DNA of 64,000 nt from contig JAPETS010000035.1 in NCBI GenBank assembly GCA_026023565.1, positions 62,001-126,000 on the forward strand, read 5' to 3'. The translations under genes and the position numbers were made by a program. This document shows, piece by piece, positions 25,164 to 37,876 of this stretch (positions are counted from its first letter, which is position 1; each line of letters begins with the position of its first letter). The notes beneath the pieces are model-generated. The model made no database searches. It was given only the letters and a program-made list of their open reading frames with translations, and was not told the DNA's origin. Source of the DNA: Cirrosporium novae-zelandiae (lineage: Eukaryota).

Positions 25164-25969
25164 GCTAATAATAGGTACCGCGCGACTACCCTATCGGCTG
25201 CCACTAAATAACCGCCCGCCCACCACATTTCGCATTGAACTTCCAAATCAGGTTAGTTTTCTACCGCCTTAGGCATCGAGTCATACATAGATAATTAATT
25301 AATTAGCCCTAATCTATTTCCACTTCAGGTTTTCATGGGGCTAAGCGACCAATGGCACTTTGTGGAATGAGTCAAGTATCCTATCTACCTATTATGCATG
25401 ACATGACATAGGTGAGTATTTTCTTCTACTACTGCCTTCTGGGCTTATTGCGCTCCCATAATAATTTGGTAATACATGGGATTTTCGGAGTTTACGATTT
25501 CGTCTTTACCGAAAATCATGATACCTCTCTCTGTATAATATTGAATGACAGAATTACGATGCAGTAGCTATCTTAATGATCCATGAAATCGCGATGGATG
25601 GAGGTATTGAGTCTGGGGATGCCAAATCATCACCCCTGAATAACTTCTCTGATATTACCAACCTGCAACTACAATGAATGAATGAATGAGCGCATGCCAC
25701 CCTCCTAGCTGTAACCTCCTACTGTACAAGATCAATGTTTTAGTCAATTACTTTGTATTTCGCTAGCTGTGCTATCTCTCTCCAGCACGAAAGCGGCGTG
25801 ATGTCTCGTGTATCTTTATCTCGTTGAAAGAAAAACAACCATCACAGCTCTGCTTCTTCCGCTGTACCATCTTCTATCTGTTGCAACGCTATGCCACCAC
25901 CACTCACCATAAACCATCTGGTTCGCAACAGCTAGATCGTGACGGCTATCATGCAGCTTGGCTGGCTGG

Positions 25970-26704
25970 CTACTCCAAATCAGAATTCACAGACTCAGCC
26001 TTAGGCTTCTTACACTTGGGCCCTTCTGCATCATAATCATCATCATCCTCACTGCCTTCATTTTCCTCGTTTTCTTTCTGCTCGCTTTTTTTCTCCTCGT
26101 CATCACCGCTTCCACCATCACTATCACTCTTGATTTCCACCTTCATTTCGGCAGCCTTTTTTCCACGTCCACGTTTCCCAGGGGATTTGACCACCTTGGC
26201 AGCCTGTTTTCCCTTCCCCTTCCCAGTAGCCGAAGCACCAGCACCAGATCCAGATTTAGAATCACCTCCCCTCTTAGCCTTCGTATTCGCTGCTGTTCCT
26301 CCTCCTACTCCCGCTCCTGCTCCTGCTGATGACGGTGCAGAACCCGAACTAATGTTCTTCATCTTCGAACGAGCGACATTGAATTTCTGCCTCGCGACAA
26401 TGCCGTTCTTGAACCCATATTCTTGGGCGACGGCGTCGAAGTCGATCTGTATTTGTTAGTATGATAATAGTAATATAACATAGTACGTATTGAGGTATGG
26501 ATTTCTTATTATTATCATAACAGTGATGATGAAGATGATGATGATACAAAAGAAATAAATAAAACTTACAGAGGAATTGGAAATATCAAGGTGCCTCAAG
26601 CCGAGGAGAAGAATCTTTGTTTGAGCGGGGGTGAGCTGGGACAGGATGTCGGTAGTGGAGGCTCCATCAGCGGTGCCGGTGGTGGTGGGAGTTTTAGTCG
26701 ACAT
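25970..26704 (-). CDS. Myb/SANT-like cluster gene B
   Basis: Exons 26704-26570, 26446-25970. ...LTPAQTKILLLGLRHLDISNSS/IDFDAVAQEYGFKNGIVARQKFNVARSKMK, then G/A/K-rich tail with KRGRGKK and an acidic end. Confidence 0.8.
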
Positions 26705-27241
26705 GGTTGTTGTTTGTTTGTTGCTGTTAGTGGTTTGGAAAGGGTTGATGGATGATGATAGTAAGGGATGAAATTTTGTTCTGATGGTTCGATCAATCAG
26801 TATGGAAGTTCAGGAGAAGAGATGAAAAGAAAAAAGAAAAAGATAAAAATAAGGAGAAGAGGGGAAGAGGAGGGGAGGGTGGAAGAGGAGACAAAAAACC
26901 AAAAGATGCTTCTTTACCTGATTAGAATCTGAGAGATGAGTATCGAGGGTTCTTAGAATTATTGATCCGGTATATGTTTTCGAGAAATCGCCGAGAGGTA
27001 AAAGAGAAGGAAGAGGAGGAGGGGATCAATATGGCTTGTGTTCGTTCTTGAATGATAGTGTGATGATGAAGGGTGACTGGTGAGTAAATCTTTGTGGTTT
27101 TGGATCCTCCAAGAAGATAATTTTATTCGAAGTTAGGAGAAGTAAGTAGATAGGTAGAACTGAGGATAAATGAACGAGAGTTTGCTTGATCTGAGTCACA
27201 CACCTAACTATGGAAAAGAAGAAGAAGAAGAAGAAGAAGAA

Positions 27242-27530
27242 TACCCCCCTTCTCTCCCTTATCCCCCCCCCAAAAAGCCCTATTCCTTAAACCTAGGAGG
27301 AGAAGAGAGCTACTTTTTATGTTCCTATGATCCCTTTCCCACAACCAAAACCAAACCCGACCTCAGCAATATACCCCCCCTCTCTCTCCATCTCCCTTAT
27401 CCCCCTCCAAAAAATCTACCTCCCCAAACCCGGGAGGAGAAGAACGCTACCTCCTACTCCTACTCCTACACTCCCCTTTCCCACAACTAAAACTAAAACC
27501 AAAAGTACCAGCTCAACAATCTATACCCCC
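27242..27530. repeat. Degenerate two-copy tandem repeat (~130-150 bp)
   Basis: Both copies run TACCCCCC..TCTCCCTTATCCCCC..CAAAAA..AAACC.GGAGGAGAAGA..GCTAC..CCCTTTCCCACAAC.AAAAC..CTCA.CAAT. Confidence 0.65.
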
Positions 27531-28335
27531 CACTCGAACTAAACCCTTATACGGTATCTATATTTATATATCTATACCCGGCTGAACTTTTCCTTAATCC
27601 CGAAATCAAGAGTTTTTTTTTTCCCTTTTCTTTTTGCCTAGATGCTAGGTGCCAGATGGGGTATCGATCTATCTATCCAGCCCTCTTTGCTTATTAATTT
27701 TGTTTTATGTTAGGTTACTTGAGGTTAGTTTATTGAGCGGTTGATTAGGGGGAAGGGAATGGGGAGCGAGGGGGGGAGAACTACGGCGAAGTTGGAAGTT
27801 GGAATTTGGGTGCGAGATTTTTGGCTTTCTTTCTTTGTGGGATGGAATGGATGGCTAGGGAGGGGGAATTTGAGAATGTGATTTGTGGGGCGGGATGAGG
27901 AAGGAATGGGAGTATGATGGGAGTGTTTGTTGGATTCTGGATGGATGGACTTGTTTGGGATAGGATGGGTGGAAGGGATTGGAATGGATTTGGGCATGAT
28001 ATGGTTTTTATATATATATATGGGAGGGTCTGGGGGGGGAGGGGGGATTAGATAGGAAGAAAAAGGGTGGATAATATGGAAATTGGGTTTCAAGAGTCGC
28101 AAGCTCATTTCATTTCATTCCATTCAACGACCATGATCCACTATCCTTTCATGTCGTTTCATTTCCCAATCTCGAAACTTCCAGATGAGTTTCCAACTCT
28201 CTCTCTCTCTCTATCCCACAAATCTACATACCAAGCCTGCTTATCTGCATGTGCATATGCGTCACCTCTCAAAAGCCGTCAGACCATCCAACTAACGTCT
28301 ATAAACCACCCCCCAATCTCCCCAATCTCGAGGCT

Positions 28336-29228
28336 TCAGATAGTATCATCATCATCTATAGCCTCATTCTTAACAACAACCTTCTCCTCATCACCGTCAA
28401 GAATCGTTTCATCGGAATCATACACCTTCGCCTTCTCCGCCTTCCCCATCTCCGTCCCCTTGCTCTCACCCCCACCACCCCTAGGTGTAGCCCTAATTTT
28501 CTGAATCTTACGGCCCCTAGGCTTAGGCTTCGTAACCTTAGCAGTCCCCAACACACCAGAACCAGAAGCGGTAGTCATCTTCCCCTTCTTCGCATTCATG
28601 GTGGTAGGCATAGGCGTAGGCGTAGCAGGAGCACTCTCAATATCAACCCCAGAATCAAATGGGGGAGAAGAAGGAAGAAAACCAATGCTGGCGGCGGTGG
28701 TGGCTTCTGCTACTGCTGCTGCTCTAGATTTGGCGGCATCACGGTTGAGGGTTGCATGAACGGGGATTTTGTATTTACGTCGGAGGAGGGCGATGCGGTT
28801 TGCAACAGAGCCGGAGTTCTTGTAGCCTAGGGCTTCGGCGACGGCTTTGACGTCGATCTGGTTGGTGGGGAAGGGGGGGGGGTTAGTGCTAGTGATTAAT
28901 GGGGGTGTTGAGGGGATGGGATGGGGGAGAGAAAGGGAGAGGGGGTAGAGGGGAAGGTGGAGGAGGCTTGGAAAAGGCTGTCCGTCCATCCGTCGCATGA
29001 GGGATGTGGAGGGGGGATATACTTACAGAAATAGCGCCGGTAGCTTGGCGGAGGCATTCTGCTAGGAAGCGAGTATCGGCACCATCGATAGCATCTTCTG
29101 CCGATTTAGTAGCTAGAGAGGTTGGAGTTAGTTCTGAAGGGTTTGGATGGAAGGGGGGAGGGGGGTGGTGTGAAGAGGATGAGAGTCGATCGAGAGACAG
29201 GGTTGAGGGGAGTTTTTTTACCTGGCAT
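28336..29228 (-). CDS. Myb/SANT-like cluster gene C
   Basis: Exons 29228-29222, 29112-29027, 28857-28336. MPATKSAEDAIDGADTRFLAECLRQATGAIS/IDVKAVAEALGYKNSGSVANRIALLRRKY, tail with KVTKPKPRGRK and VKNE. Confidence 0.8.
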
Positions 29229-30199
29229 TTTGAACTGTTGGGACTGCTGGAGAAGGTTTGGTTAGTTATTATTGTTGTGTATGAAGTATATGTGAGTTAT
29301 GTATAATGATTCGATGGAAGATGGATGGATGGATGGGAAAGATATAGATGATGTGTAGAACTTAAAAAAGGGAAAAGGAAGAAAGGTACTCAGAATCAAT
29401 GAAATAGAAAATAGAAAATAGATACATACCAAAACCAAGTCTCTCTCTATGCGTATGTATGTTCTCGCTATCGAGTTTTCGAGGGGAAGCTGCAAATGAG
29501 ACCAAAAGAGTTATGATGGTGTGGTGTGGGATGTGAGTAATACCAAAAACACACACAAGAAGGGAATCGAAAATTTTTGAAGAAAAGGATGAGGGCTTTC
29601 GAAAAGTTCCAAGTAATACTGGGGGATAAGGATTTTAGTGTTAGATGTAACGCGGTAAGGAATTGATGTCGAGCCAGGGCCAGGTCCTCCCCGTACCCTC
29701 TGGATTAGTGCGTGTGTGTGTGTGCTCGGCACCATTGAAAGAAAATGTCGTATATAAATATCCGCGGGGACGGGGGCGGTTTCGTACGGTGCCCAGGGGT
29801 ACGGTGAACTACAGGTACATTTCTTAACATATGCGTTTTGTATCTAAGGGTATTTTTAGGAGATTTCTAGGTAAGATAAGAGCGGAAGGAGAAACGTTGA
29901 ATTCCAGCTATGCTGCTATATGAGCAGCGTTCACATCCTCCAGAGCAAACTAGATACAAGGAAAGGTCATTGTTTGACCACTATTCATGTCACCGCACCC
30001 CCCACAAGACAAGTCTTCCCCACAGGCCAACTGGCTTCACAGCTTAAGAAAAATGGAATTGAAAAAAGAGTCACGTCTCCACCAAGATTCTGGAAGGCTC
30101 CCCCTAGTTCTCCTCTGTCTTGATTTTAGTGGCACCAGTCCTAAAGAAATTGTACTTAGTAAATTACTTATTTTAGTTATGAAAGAGATAAGGGGGATA

Positions 30200-30703
30200 T
30201 TACTCTTCAGCTTTGTCTTCAGTCTTGCCGTCCTTTTCTGTTTCAAGGTCTGGCGTGAGAACAGGGTTTGGAGCCTTTGTGACATCCATGTTGGAATCAG
30301 CCATTATGGCTTCATCCACATCCTCACCCTCAGTGTCCTCGCTGGCCTCTGTAGTCTTCTGGGCAGCAGGAGCTCTGGCTTTCCTGGGAGAAGCACGAGG
30401 TTTTGTCACCTTGGTGACATTGGTAGGCCTAGAATTGGTACCGGGGCGTTTCACCCCGTATCGTGTTTTCAACTGTCCGTATCGTGTCTGAGCGGTGCTG
30501 ATGTTTTTCATCCCAGTTGCCTTCACCACCTCACCCCAATCAATCTGTAATATCATAGATTAGTTGCTTGTAAACTTGAATTAGAACAGACTGGAAGTTC
30601 TCAGGTGTTTTACCTTTAGAGGTGCTTCAAGGTTTCCAAGGACAGCAAGGAAGAACTTGCCGTCCTTGTCAGTGAGCTGTGGTGTATTTTGTGAAGCAGA
30701 CAT
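30200..30703 (-). CDS. Myb/SANT-like cluster gene D
   Basis: Exons 30703-30614, 30544-30200. MSASQNTPQLTDKDGKFFLAVLGNLEAPLK/IDWGEVVKATGMKNISTAQTRYGQLKTRY, tail KVTKPRASPRK then acidic; probable 5'UTR intron ~30768-30705. Confidence 0.8.
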
Positions 30704-31302
30704 TCTGTAATACCAAGTGAGTTTAGTTTGAATATACATTCATGCTTGTTTGAAATGATATCACTTACTTAATTGAGAGAATATCACTGAGTTGTTTAAG
30801 AGTATATCACTGACTTAGGATGAGTTCTCAAGGTGAAAGTTAGTAGAGAGTCAAGTTATATTTTTTGGAAGAGATGTTTTTTATAGAGATCGTTGCCTAA
30901 TAGTAGTAGTGAATCATGTGGTGCGTGGAAATTGGGAGGGCTCGGCGACAGGAGGCTCGGCGGAGGGGTTATACACACCAAGAGTTGAAACCACTTTCGA
31001 AGAATATGCGGGACTTATCCTCGCCAACAGTGCTATAATTATCTGTCCTAGCAACAAGAATAATGAAAGATTTATACATGATAGTAAATAAACTACTTGA
31101 GTCAATAACATGACTCATAGCGTGCCATATTGCTATTGGCATCAAAATTTCTAAAATCACCACCACCTTCTAAGTCCTTGAAAATTGAGAAGTTATTAAC
31201 ATATGCTCTCTTGAGCTGCCTTCCTAAAGCACAAATATGAAGCCCATATTTGATCATTAACATAAGAAGATGCCACAGATCTAACGAACTGTAAGGATCT
31301 GC

Positions 31303-31545
31303 TAATGAGTGAACCAATCTGTCAAAACGTAATATTAGCACTAGTAGTGTGAGTACGACACGGAAACTTGACACGAGAATACGCACGTGATAGTTTGACT
31401 CCAGTGAGACAAGAGTATCGCGGGGAAGATAATGAGTGAACTAGTCTGTTAAAACCTAATATTAGTACTAATAGTGTAAATACGACACGGAAACACGACA
31501 CGAGAATACGCACGTGATAGTTTATGGCTCCAGTGAGATAGTATC
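31303..31545. repeat. Direct tandem duplication (~110 bp unit, 127 bp period)
   Basis: Copies start at 31303 and 31430 (TAATGAGTGAAC...); shared core TACGACACGGAAAC..GACACGAGAATACGCACGTGATAGTTT. Confidence 0.9.
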
Positions 31546-32842
31546 ATCATGAGTAAGATATTTCTTTCAAGAAAGTCTCCTGGTCATTCAGTCATGGTTC
31601 GTGAAACCACTGACATTTACATGTACCATAGGAACATTCTAATCAAAGATATTTAATAATTCTTCTTGTTGACTTCAGCTTTTTTGTTGCAAAATTGTTA
31701 TGTCAATCAGAAACTGATGTGAGCAGGTATTATTCAACTTGTTAGGAATGTCAAAATTTCCACCGGAATTTGACTTTGGCATACGTTTAAGGGTCAATAG
31801 CTTTCAAACAAAGGAAGATGAAGTCTTGGGACCCTTGCTGCTGGTGTTGGAGACTTGGGGCTGAATATGGCTGTTGGAAAGAGCCATTAGGTAGCATACT
31901 GTAAGGTATAATGTTAAACCATGTATGAAACTTCCGCTTGGATGCCACTTACTAAATAGCTATTGGAGAGCTCTTGGAGAGATAACCTTCAATGTCTGGA
32001 TTTTTTTGGGAAGCATAAATAGGTCGAACATTGCTTTAATATTCTAAGCTTGAATGTTTAAGATAGCGTGAATAGGATATGGATATTAAGTTCGAAAGCT
32101 TTTAGGTAAGAGTTGACTCGCTTGGTAGAATGGTATGGTAGGGGTTATCACCTAAGTAGCCGTCAACAACGTCGAATGAACTTTCTAGTAACACACTCTT
32201 GTACACAAAACAGCTAGAAGAAGGTTGGGAAAGCAATGAACTTGGCTTAAGGTTAAGCTTGCTTAGACTTAGCCAATATATACGAATTTCTCTGTGTTGA
32301 TTATATATGGTTGGACCAGGTGAGATAACAAAAACGAAGGAAACATCATGTAATCTGATAGATCTGTACAACAATAGGAAAAAATCCTTACCCATAACCA
32401 AGGTACTAGCTTTCGTCATGACTACGGCGAGTTCCTAGATTGTCAATATCCTACTCTGCAAGCTTGCTTCTATAGCACAGAACCTTGGATGAAGTATTCG
32501 GAAGAACATGACAATGGACCAGGTGTCAAACTCTAGGCCACAGAGAGGACGGTTGCAATGGGCTGAACGGATGAGTTGCATTGATGACTTGAGAAAAGAA
32601 GTAATACAAATAGCAAACACGATATATTGTTTCATGCCCAATGAGATTCGAAAACCTAAAAGAAAACTGGCAAATCCAGGGATAATCTAGTGTACAAAAA
32701 CAGTATTAGTACACAAAGAGGTACATTATAAGCCCCAGATACAGATAGAAAATCTCCTGAATTCTTTTATTACTACAGCGAGGTTGAAAATATTGATCCC
32801 TAGATTCTTGTTCCACCCAAAGAGAACACCTTCCAAAGAACT

Positions 32843-33690
32843 CTAAGCATCGAGAGGTTCGATCTTGATTTTAATATCATTGGCTAGAGGTCGGCGTTCC
32901 TCGCATTTCCGAGGAATCGGGTTTAATAGCATAGTTGAACTGGGCGAGGCAGAATGGATAGACGGTTCACTCTTCACCCTAGTGAGATCGGCGAGCATAA
33001 GGTTGGAGGGATAATGCTGTGACAAGTTCTCGGATGACGCCGAATCGATAATATTACCCAGGGAAGGGGTGGTGTGGGTGGTATGAGATATAGCCTGGTG
33101 CTGCAACAAGGCTGATGCTGGGGGTTTCTTGTCCTCTTCAACAGAGCCATTGATGGAGAAGGGCGACGCAAAGTTGAAAGGAGCTAAGTTATTGGCATTC
33201 AAATTAGGAGAATTGATAGGAGGTAACGTGGACGAAAAAGAATTGAAATCAGATATATCGTTATGCTGATTTTGGTGAAGCCCACTAGATGAAGGATCTG
33301 CAAGCTCCTGCTTGACTTTTTTGGGTGGAATAGGCGCTGGCTCCTCAACAATTTTAGATATCTCCCCGGCAGCCCGTTTCCTACCACTCGTTTCTGCTGT
33401 CGACTTTTTGACTCGGTTCCTAGGGGTAGAAGGGATTCCCTCCATGTGGGCCCTAAGTCGATGAAATCGCATTCTAGCAGCATGACCATTGGGAATGCAA
33501 AGTTCAGATGCAACCGCGCTCCAATCAACCTAAAAGATCTACCATTAGTTCAAGAAGTCAACGATAACAGCTGGCCCTTAAAACTGCTACATACAGACTT
33601 CATGTCAAGTTGCTTATTGATGGTATAGAGGAACTTGGCTGTTTGGCCATCGGCCAGCATAGTCTTGCTTCTATAGAGACCTAGAGGCAT
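32843..33690 (-). CDS. Myb/SANT-like cluster gene E
   Basis: Exons 33690-33595, 33529-32843. MPLGLYRSKTMLADGQTAKFLYTINKQLDMKS/VDWSAVASELCIPNGHAARMRFHRLRAHMEG resembles, from memory, the fungal Myb-like domain family (Pfam Myb_DNA-bind_8); tail has VKQE, VKSE and IKIE. Confidence 0.85.
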
Positions 33691-35351
33691 TTTGGGTATA
33701 GATGAAGGCTGCTCGAAGGTATGAGAAGAGCCTAAAGGTAACTAACGAAGCTAGTGATTGGAGATATCTGCGGCTCCTGCTCTGGGGAAGGATCTCTTAT
33801 GGGGGAGGTGAAGGGGGGTGATTTGTAGCTTTAGTTAAATGATTTGTGTGAAAAGTCCATGTAAGAAAAGATTGTGGGGGCCATGCTGACAGCAAGTTTT
33901 TTGATGCGTGTGCCTCTCATGGTTGTTTGATATATGAAAGTGGAAAATGGAAACAGATGTGTCAAGCCGAAAGGTGTTTGTCCTTATATAAGGACACATG
34001 CACTCAACATAAGGGAATTTGGCTGGGAGAACAAGATGGCTGGAAGTGAATGGACGCGTCAGCCACTGCATTGAGGGGATATCTGATAAACAGATTATAG
34101 AGCAAGCGTGAATGATATAAAGGTGGAACTGAATAGCCCCTGATGAGTGAAGGAAGTGGAAGTAGTCTTGGTCCAAGCGTCTAGATACAGAGAAAATAAG
34201 CGAATCCGCTAATACTCTGATATGGTCTAGCGTCATTCGCTTAACTCAACCACACTCCTCCTTAGATCCCTAATTACTCTTTTCAATCATCTTCAAGAGC
34301 TCTGGACAAACAGCAACATAACACCCCCACTCCATTAGCTAGTACTGGTTAGCAGCATGTCGGATCCCATCACAGCAAGACAGTAGCAAATGAAAACTAA
34401 TCCTTGTCCTGGTTCAACTTTGACATTGAGGGCTGGTACTAGGTTCACAATCTCAAGATTGGCCCCACAGTGGCTTGTTCCTTTGCCCATGTTATCTAGA
34501 AATGCAGTGACATGCTTAAGGCTCTCACTTTGGATAATGCCATCGCCATGTCTTTCACAGGGCTACACAGGGCCCCCAGTCATACGTTTCTGACCCCTGA
34601 TAAATGTTCCATGCAATTATAGCAACTCTTTGAGATTTTGTTGCAGTACCCCTTTATAGAAAGAATATCATGAATGAAGTTATAGCACAGGTGCACATGC
34701 AGCAGTGATATATATAATACATTAGTGAAAATTATGGAAAGAAGACAGTGCAGCTAGTTATTTTTCTTTGTTGTAATTTTCAGGGCTAGGCACAATGGCC
34801 TGGGAACGTGGCTCATACATGGATCTGCTGCAGAGCCTTTGATACCACAACGGATAGAACTGAAGGGTTGGCGATCAGGGTTCCCCTTCCACACTAGAGG
34901 TACGTGCGAGTTTTTTTGATAGTCTATCTGATGCGCTGCCATGTTTGTCCCAATCAATGTGGATGGCTGCTTTACTGTGAGAAATATCGCTTTGGTACAT
35001 GCATCGAGGGGCCTTTGTTTTTTGGAGAATATCCTTGACCCCTGTTGAGTCTCGAAATCTTTTCTCGTTTTCAATTGAACGTGTCGCTATGGGCAAGTAT
35101 GATAATTCCGAATGGATGCTCTACCTAGAGGGGTATTGATGTAAACGAAACAAACAGAAACCGTATACATGTTGTCGAGAGCGCACTAGCCCCGCAAGAA
35201 ATCTCTTCAACTGTTATTTCTCTGTTTACTTTTCACCATTTGATCACCTCACATCTTTCTTACATCCATCCACCAGTATTACCCAAACATATACAAACTT
35301 CATACAACTACATACAAATACTAAAAAATACTATCAAGACTAGTTGTCACC

Positions 35352-35947
35352 ATGGTTCAGTGGACACAGGCCGAAGAGCGCAACCTCTTCCTCGCAATCA
35401 TTCAGATTGCAGGGCTCAAGAGCGTCTCATGGCCCGAAGTCTCGGCCATAATGGGTCCCGGGTTCTCGTCGGAAGCTTGCCGGTAAGTTTAATACTCTTA
35501 CATCTCCCTCTCATCCAACCCCACCCTACGCTGACTCGATTCTTTCTCACCCTCTAACCCGATCATCCCACTACCTATGCCCTATCCTTTCCCCCAAACC
35601 CAAGATCATATCTAATATAACTTAGCCAGCACTTCGGGAAGATCAGGCGCGATGGCCAGAAAGGTAGCACCAGCTCCACCCCCACCACCCCCTCCAAGCA
35701 AGCAAAGTCGGCTCCAGCCAAGACACCCACTCCTCGGCGCAAGCGCAAGGCAGCTGAATCAGTTGACTGCGCCGCAGAGGACGACTCGGAGCCTGACATC
35801 AAAACACCAGTCAAAGTCAAGACCGAGCCTCCTGTTTCTGCTGAGCCTACCCCGAAGAGGGCCAGGAAGCCCGCAAGGCTCTCTACCATCAAGGTAGAAG
35901 ATGCCGATGAAAACGGGCGCATTTATCTTGACGAAGACGAGGAGTAA
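35352..35947 (+). CDS. Myb/SANT-like cluster gene F
   Basis: Not in ORF track. Exons 35352-35482, 35626-35947 (or to 36023 via a further intron). MVQWTQAEERNLFLAIIQIAGLKSVSWPEVSAIMGPGFSSEACR/QHFGKIRR, tail TPSK, TPTPRRKRK, VKTE, TPKRARK, IKVE. Confidence 0.8.
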
Positions 35948-36780
35948 GCTACTCTTAAAAACTTACCTTTACTTTTGGAGATCCAAACTAACACCTCTTA
36001 GAAATAATGACATCTCTCTCTAGGGTCACAATCAACAAACCAAAAGATCGCTGGTGGAAGTCCCGTGTGTTGGCTATTCTCTCTAGGGTATTGGTTATTC
36101 TCTCCATCGTGCCGGTGGTCCTCCTATCCTACTAGTGCTCCCCCTTCCCATCCCCAGCGGTTTTTGATAATCCCTTCCCTTTGCCCTGTTATATCCATCC
36201 ATCCCATTTCAATCCCCTCCCGAGTGCTATAAATAAGCACATACATAAATAAGTCTTTAGAAATTCCTACATCTGACAAGCTCTTTTTTAGAGCTTACAC
36301 AGAGGCAAATAAATTTTTTGTGCGTGTTTTCTTTTTTGAACTTGACTTGGGAAGAACCTTGTAAGGAGTGAGTGTAAGATTTTCTGGATCAAGTGGTTAG
36401 CTGGTTAGCTGGTTGAGTAATGAGATAGGTGTACACTCTTCTAGGTAAAAGGGGGGTTTTCTTTCGTAGATATCTAGTCCTACTTACATATACCCCCTCC
36501 CCCTTTAACCATACCAATACCAATACTAATACCAATACCAACACTATCACACACAAAAAAAAACTCCTAGCCTTTTCTTTCATTTCTAGGATTCATAGTA
36601 TCCATAATATCCACTGCGTCCCCTTATTCTGGAAAAGCTATTATAGTAGGGAGGTTTTGGTTTGGTAAAATGGAATGGAGTGAAAGGAAAATATATTGGT
36701 ACTAGTCGTTGGTGGACTATCAATCTAGGCGATGCATCTAGGTGAGGATAAAGGTATCGAATATCTACCATTTGCCAGGG

Positions 36781-36982
36781 CCAACTACCAAGTCAACTAC
36801 TAAGCTGATCCGCTCGATCATATTTCCGTTTCATTCCATTCTCTCCCCAGTTAGGTAGTTAACTGAGAAGGCTATCAACTATCAACTATCAACTATCGAC
36901 TAACTACCATGACCAACTACCCGCCAAAGAACCACCAGACCAACTACCAAGCCAATCCGCTCTGTCCTACTTCCATTCTCTC
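36781..36982. repeat. Short duplication and (TATCAAC)n-like array just downstream of gene G
   Basis: CCAACTACCAAG..ATCCGCTC..TTCCATTCTCTC at ~36781-36845 and ~36940-36982, with a heptamer array between. Confidence 0.55.
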
Positions 36983-36994
36983 TCATTTTCTCCC

Positions 36995-37876
36995 CTAAAC
37001 AATAACATCAGCCCCCAACCCCCACTCACTAAAATCGCTCATATCCCCCTCCCCATCACTCTCATACTTCTCAACCTTAACGGCTGAAACTCTCATTTTC
37101 TTCCCCACCTTGGTCTTCGAAGGGGTCTCCAACCCAAACGCATTACCATCACCATCACCAAAATCCTCACCCTCACCATCATCATCCGACGTGGAGGGGG
37201 TCCTGGCGCGCTTGCTGCCAGTAGAGGGGGTAGATTGGGTGCTAGTTTCTTTGGAGGTCTTGAAGGGGGTTGTGGCGTAGAGGGTTTCGATGTCGGTGGT
37301 GAGGTTGTCGACTTCTTTTTTGGTGATTGTGGGGGAGGTGTCGGAGTCGTCGGAGATGTCTAGGGGGAGGGCTTTGGATCTGGGGGTGCGCTTGGGTCTG
37401 GTGCTGGGGGTGGTACCGTTGCTGTTAGAAGTGTTGGTGTTGGCTTTGCCGGCACCGTTAGGCTTGCGTGGGGTGCGAGGGGCGCGGGGAGTGGTGTTGG
37501 TGGTGGTGGCGGAGCCGCTGGTGATGGAGAAGTGGGCTGCGCCGTCTTTTTTGGCCTTTTCACGGATCTTCACCAACCGTTCTTGGATGGCACGTTTGGT
37601 TGGCTTGTCGCCGCCCATGGTGGATGCTAAAGGAGATGGTTAGTGGGGATGGTTTGTTAGGTAAGGTAGGAGAGAACTTACGCCAGGTCTCGGAGATCTT
37701 GGCTGGGTTGATGTTGACATTTGAGGTTTCGAGGATTTTGAGGAGGAGCTGGAAGAGTGGCGGGTAAGTAAGTTGTGGGAGATATGGTTTAGTGGTATGT
37801 GTGTATGTGAGGGGGTCGAAATAATGGGAGAGTTGCTTACCATTTGATCTGCCTCGGGAGTCCATTTCATAGGCAT
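36995..37876 (-). CDS. Myb/SANT-like cluster gene G
   Basis: Exons 37876-37841, 37748-37682, 37626-36995. MPMKWTPEADQM/LLLKILETSNVNINPAKISETW/PSTMGGDKPTKRAIQERLVKIREKAK, tail with many TPR/TPS sites and VKVE. Confidence 0.85.

Noticed and set aside
25970..30703. Genes B-D as histone H1 variants because of K/A/P-rich tails
   Set aside because: No H1 winged-helix globular domain; the folded part is a ~50-aa Myb/SANT-like unit.
31303..31545. Direct repeats as CRISPR array or LTR pair
   Set aside because: Eukaryotic DNA, only two adjacent copies, no spacers, TG...CA ends or internal coding region.
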